Below, one piece after another: positions 63,855 through 64,000 of a DNA stretch of 64,000 bases (the first letter of the stretch is position 1; the number at the start of each line of letters is the position of its first letter). The stretch lies in NCBI RefSeq assembly GCF_006345805.1, contig NC_042997.1:195114001-195178000 (forward strand). Direction: 5' to 3'. The position numbers and the translations under genes were made by a program. The notes below the pieces were generated by a model that ran no database searches, was not told the origin of the DNA, and saw only the letters and a list, made by a program, of their open reading frames with translations. The DNA comes from Octopus sinensis. Taxonomy: Eukaryota.

Positions 63855-64000
63855 GTAGTACTACATTAGATGGCTTTTGTTTTGGCACTCGCCTACTCCT
63901 CCTCTGGGCTTTTATCAACTTTTTTATTTTCTTTTAAATACCTTCTTGTGTCTCATTTGTTTCTCCTTGTTTTTTTATGTGGGCAACATTATCATCATCA

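Overview
AT-rich, repeat-dense eukaryotic DNA. The SINE, RTE-LINE and microsatellite landscape looks like an octopus (coleoid cephalopod) genome; this is inference and no database was searched. The only recognisable protein-coding gene is a + strand high-affinity copper transporter (CTR1/SLC31A1 family). It has three phase-compatible coding exons (46698-46853, 55020-55086, 58099-58273) and a candidate extra 54-nt in-frame exon (63801-63854). The terminal TM2/TM3 exon lies beyond the window and the non-coding first exon was not located. The rest is mostly transposon debris: many 5'-truncated RTE LINE 3' ends with (GAT)n tails, three or four tRNA-derived SINE families, CR1 tails, Helitrons, piggyBac/mariner/Tc1 MITEs, a probable solo LTR, and Penelope-like remnants with minimal hammerhead ribozyme motifs. 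The most interesting observations are: (1) a 299-bp tRNA-headed SINE with a hammerhead motif, an inverted 5' piece and a 13-bp TSD; (2) a second hammerhead-like family with covarying stems; (3) SINE multimers with a fixed junction; (4) a six-fold tandem amplification inside a LINE 3'UTR; (5) short inserts repeatedly flanked by 70-190 bp direct repeats; (6) a 16-copy hairpin minisatellite in the CTR1 intron; (7) an expanded Met-rich CTR1 N-terminus. Most ORFs in the supplied track are microsatellite or repeat artefacts. There are no rRNA, CRISPR or prokaryotic features. Boundaries of degenerate repeats are approximate (about +/-20 bp).
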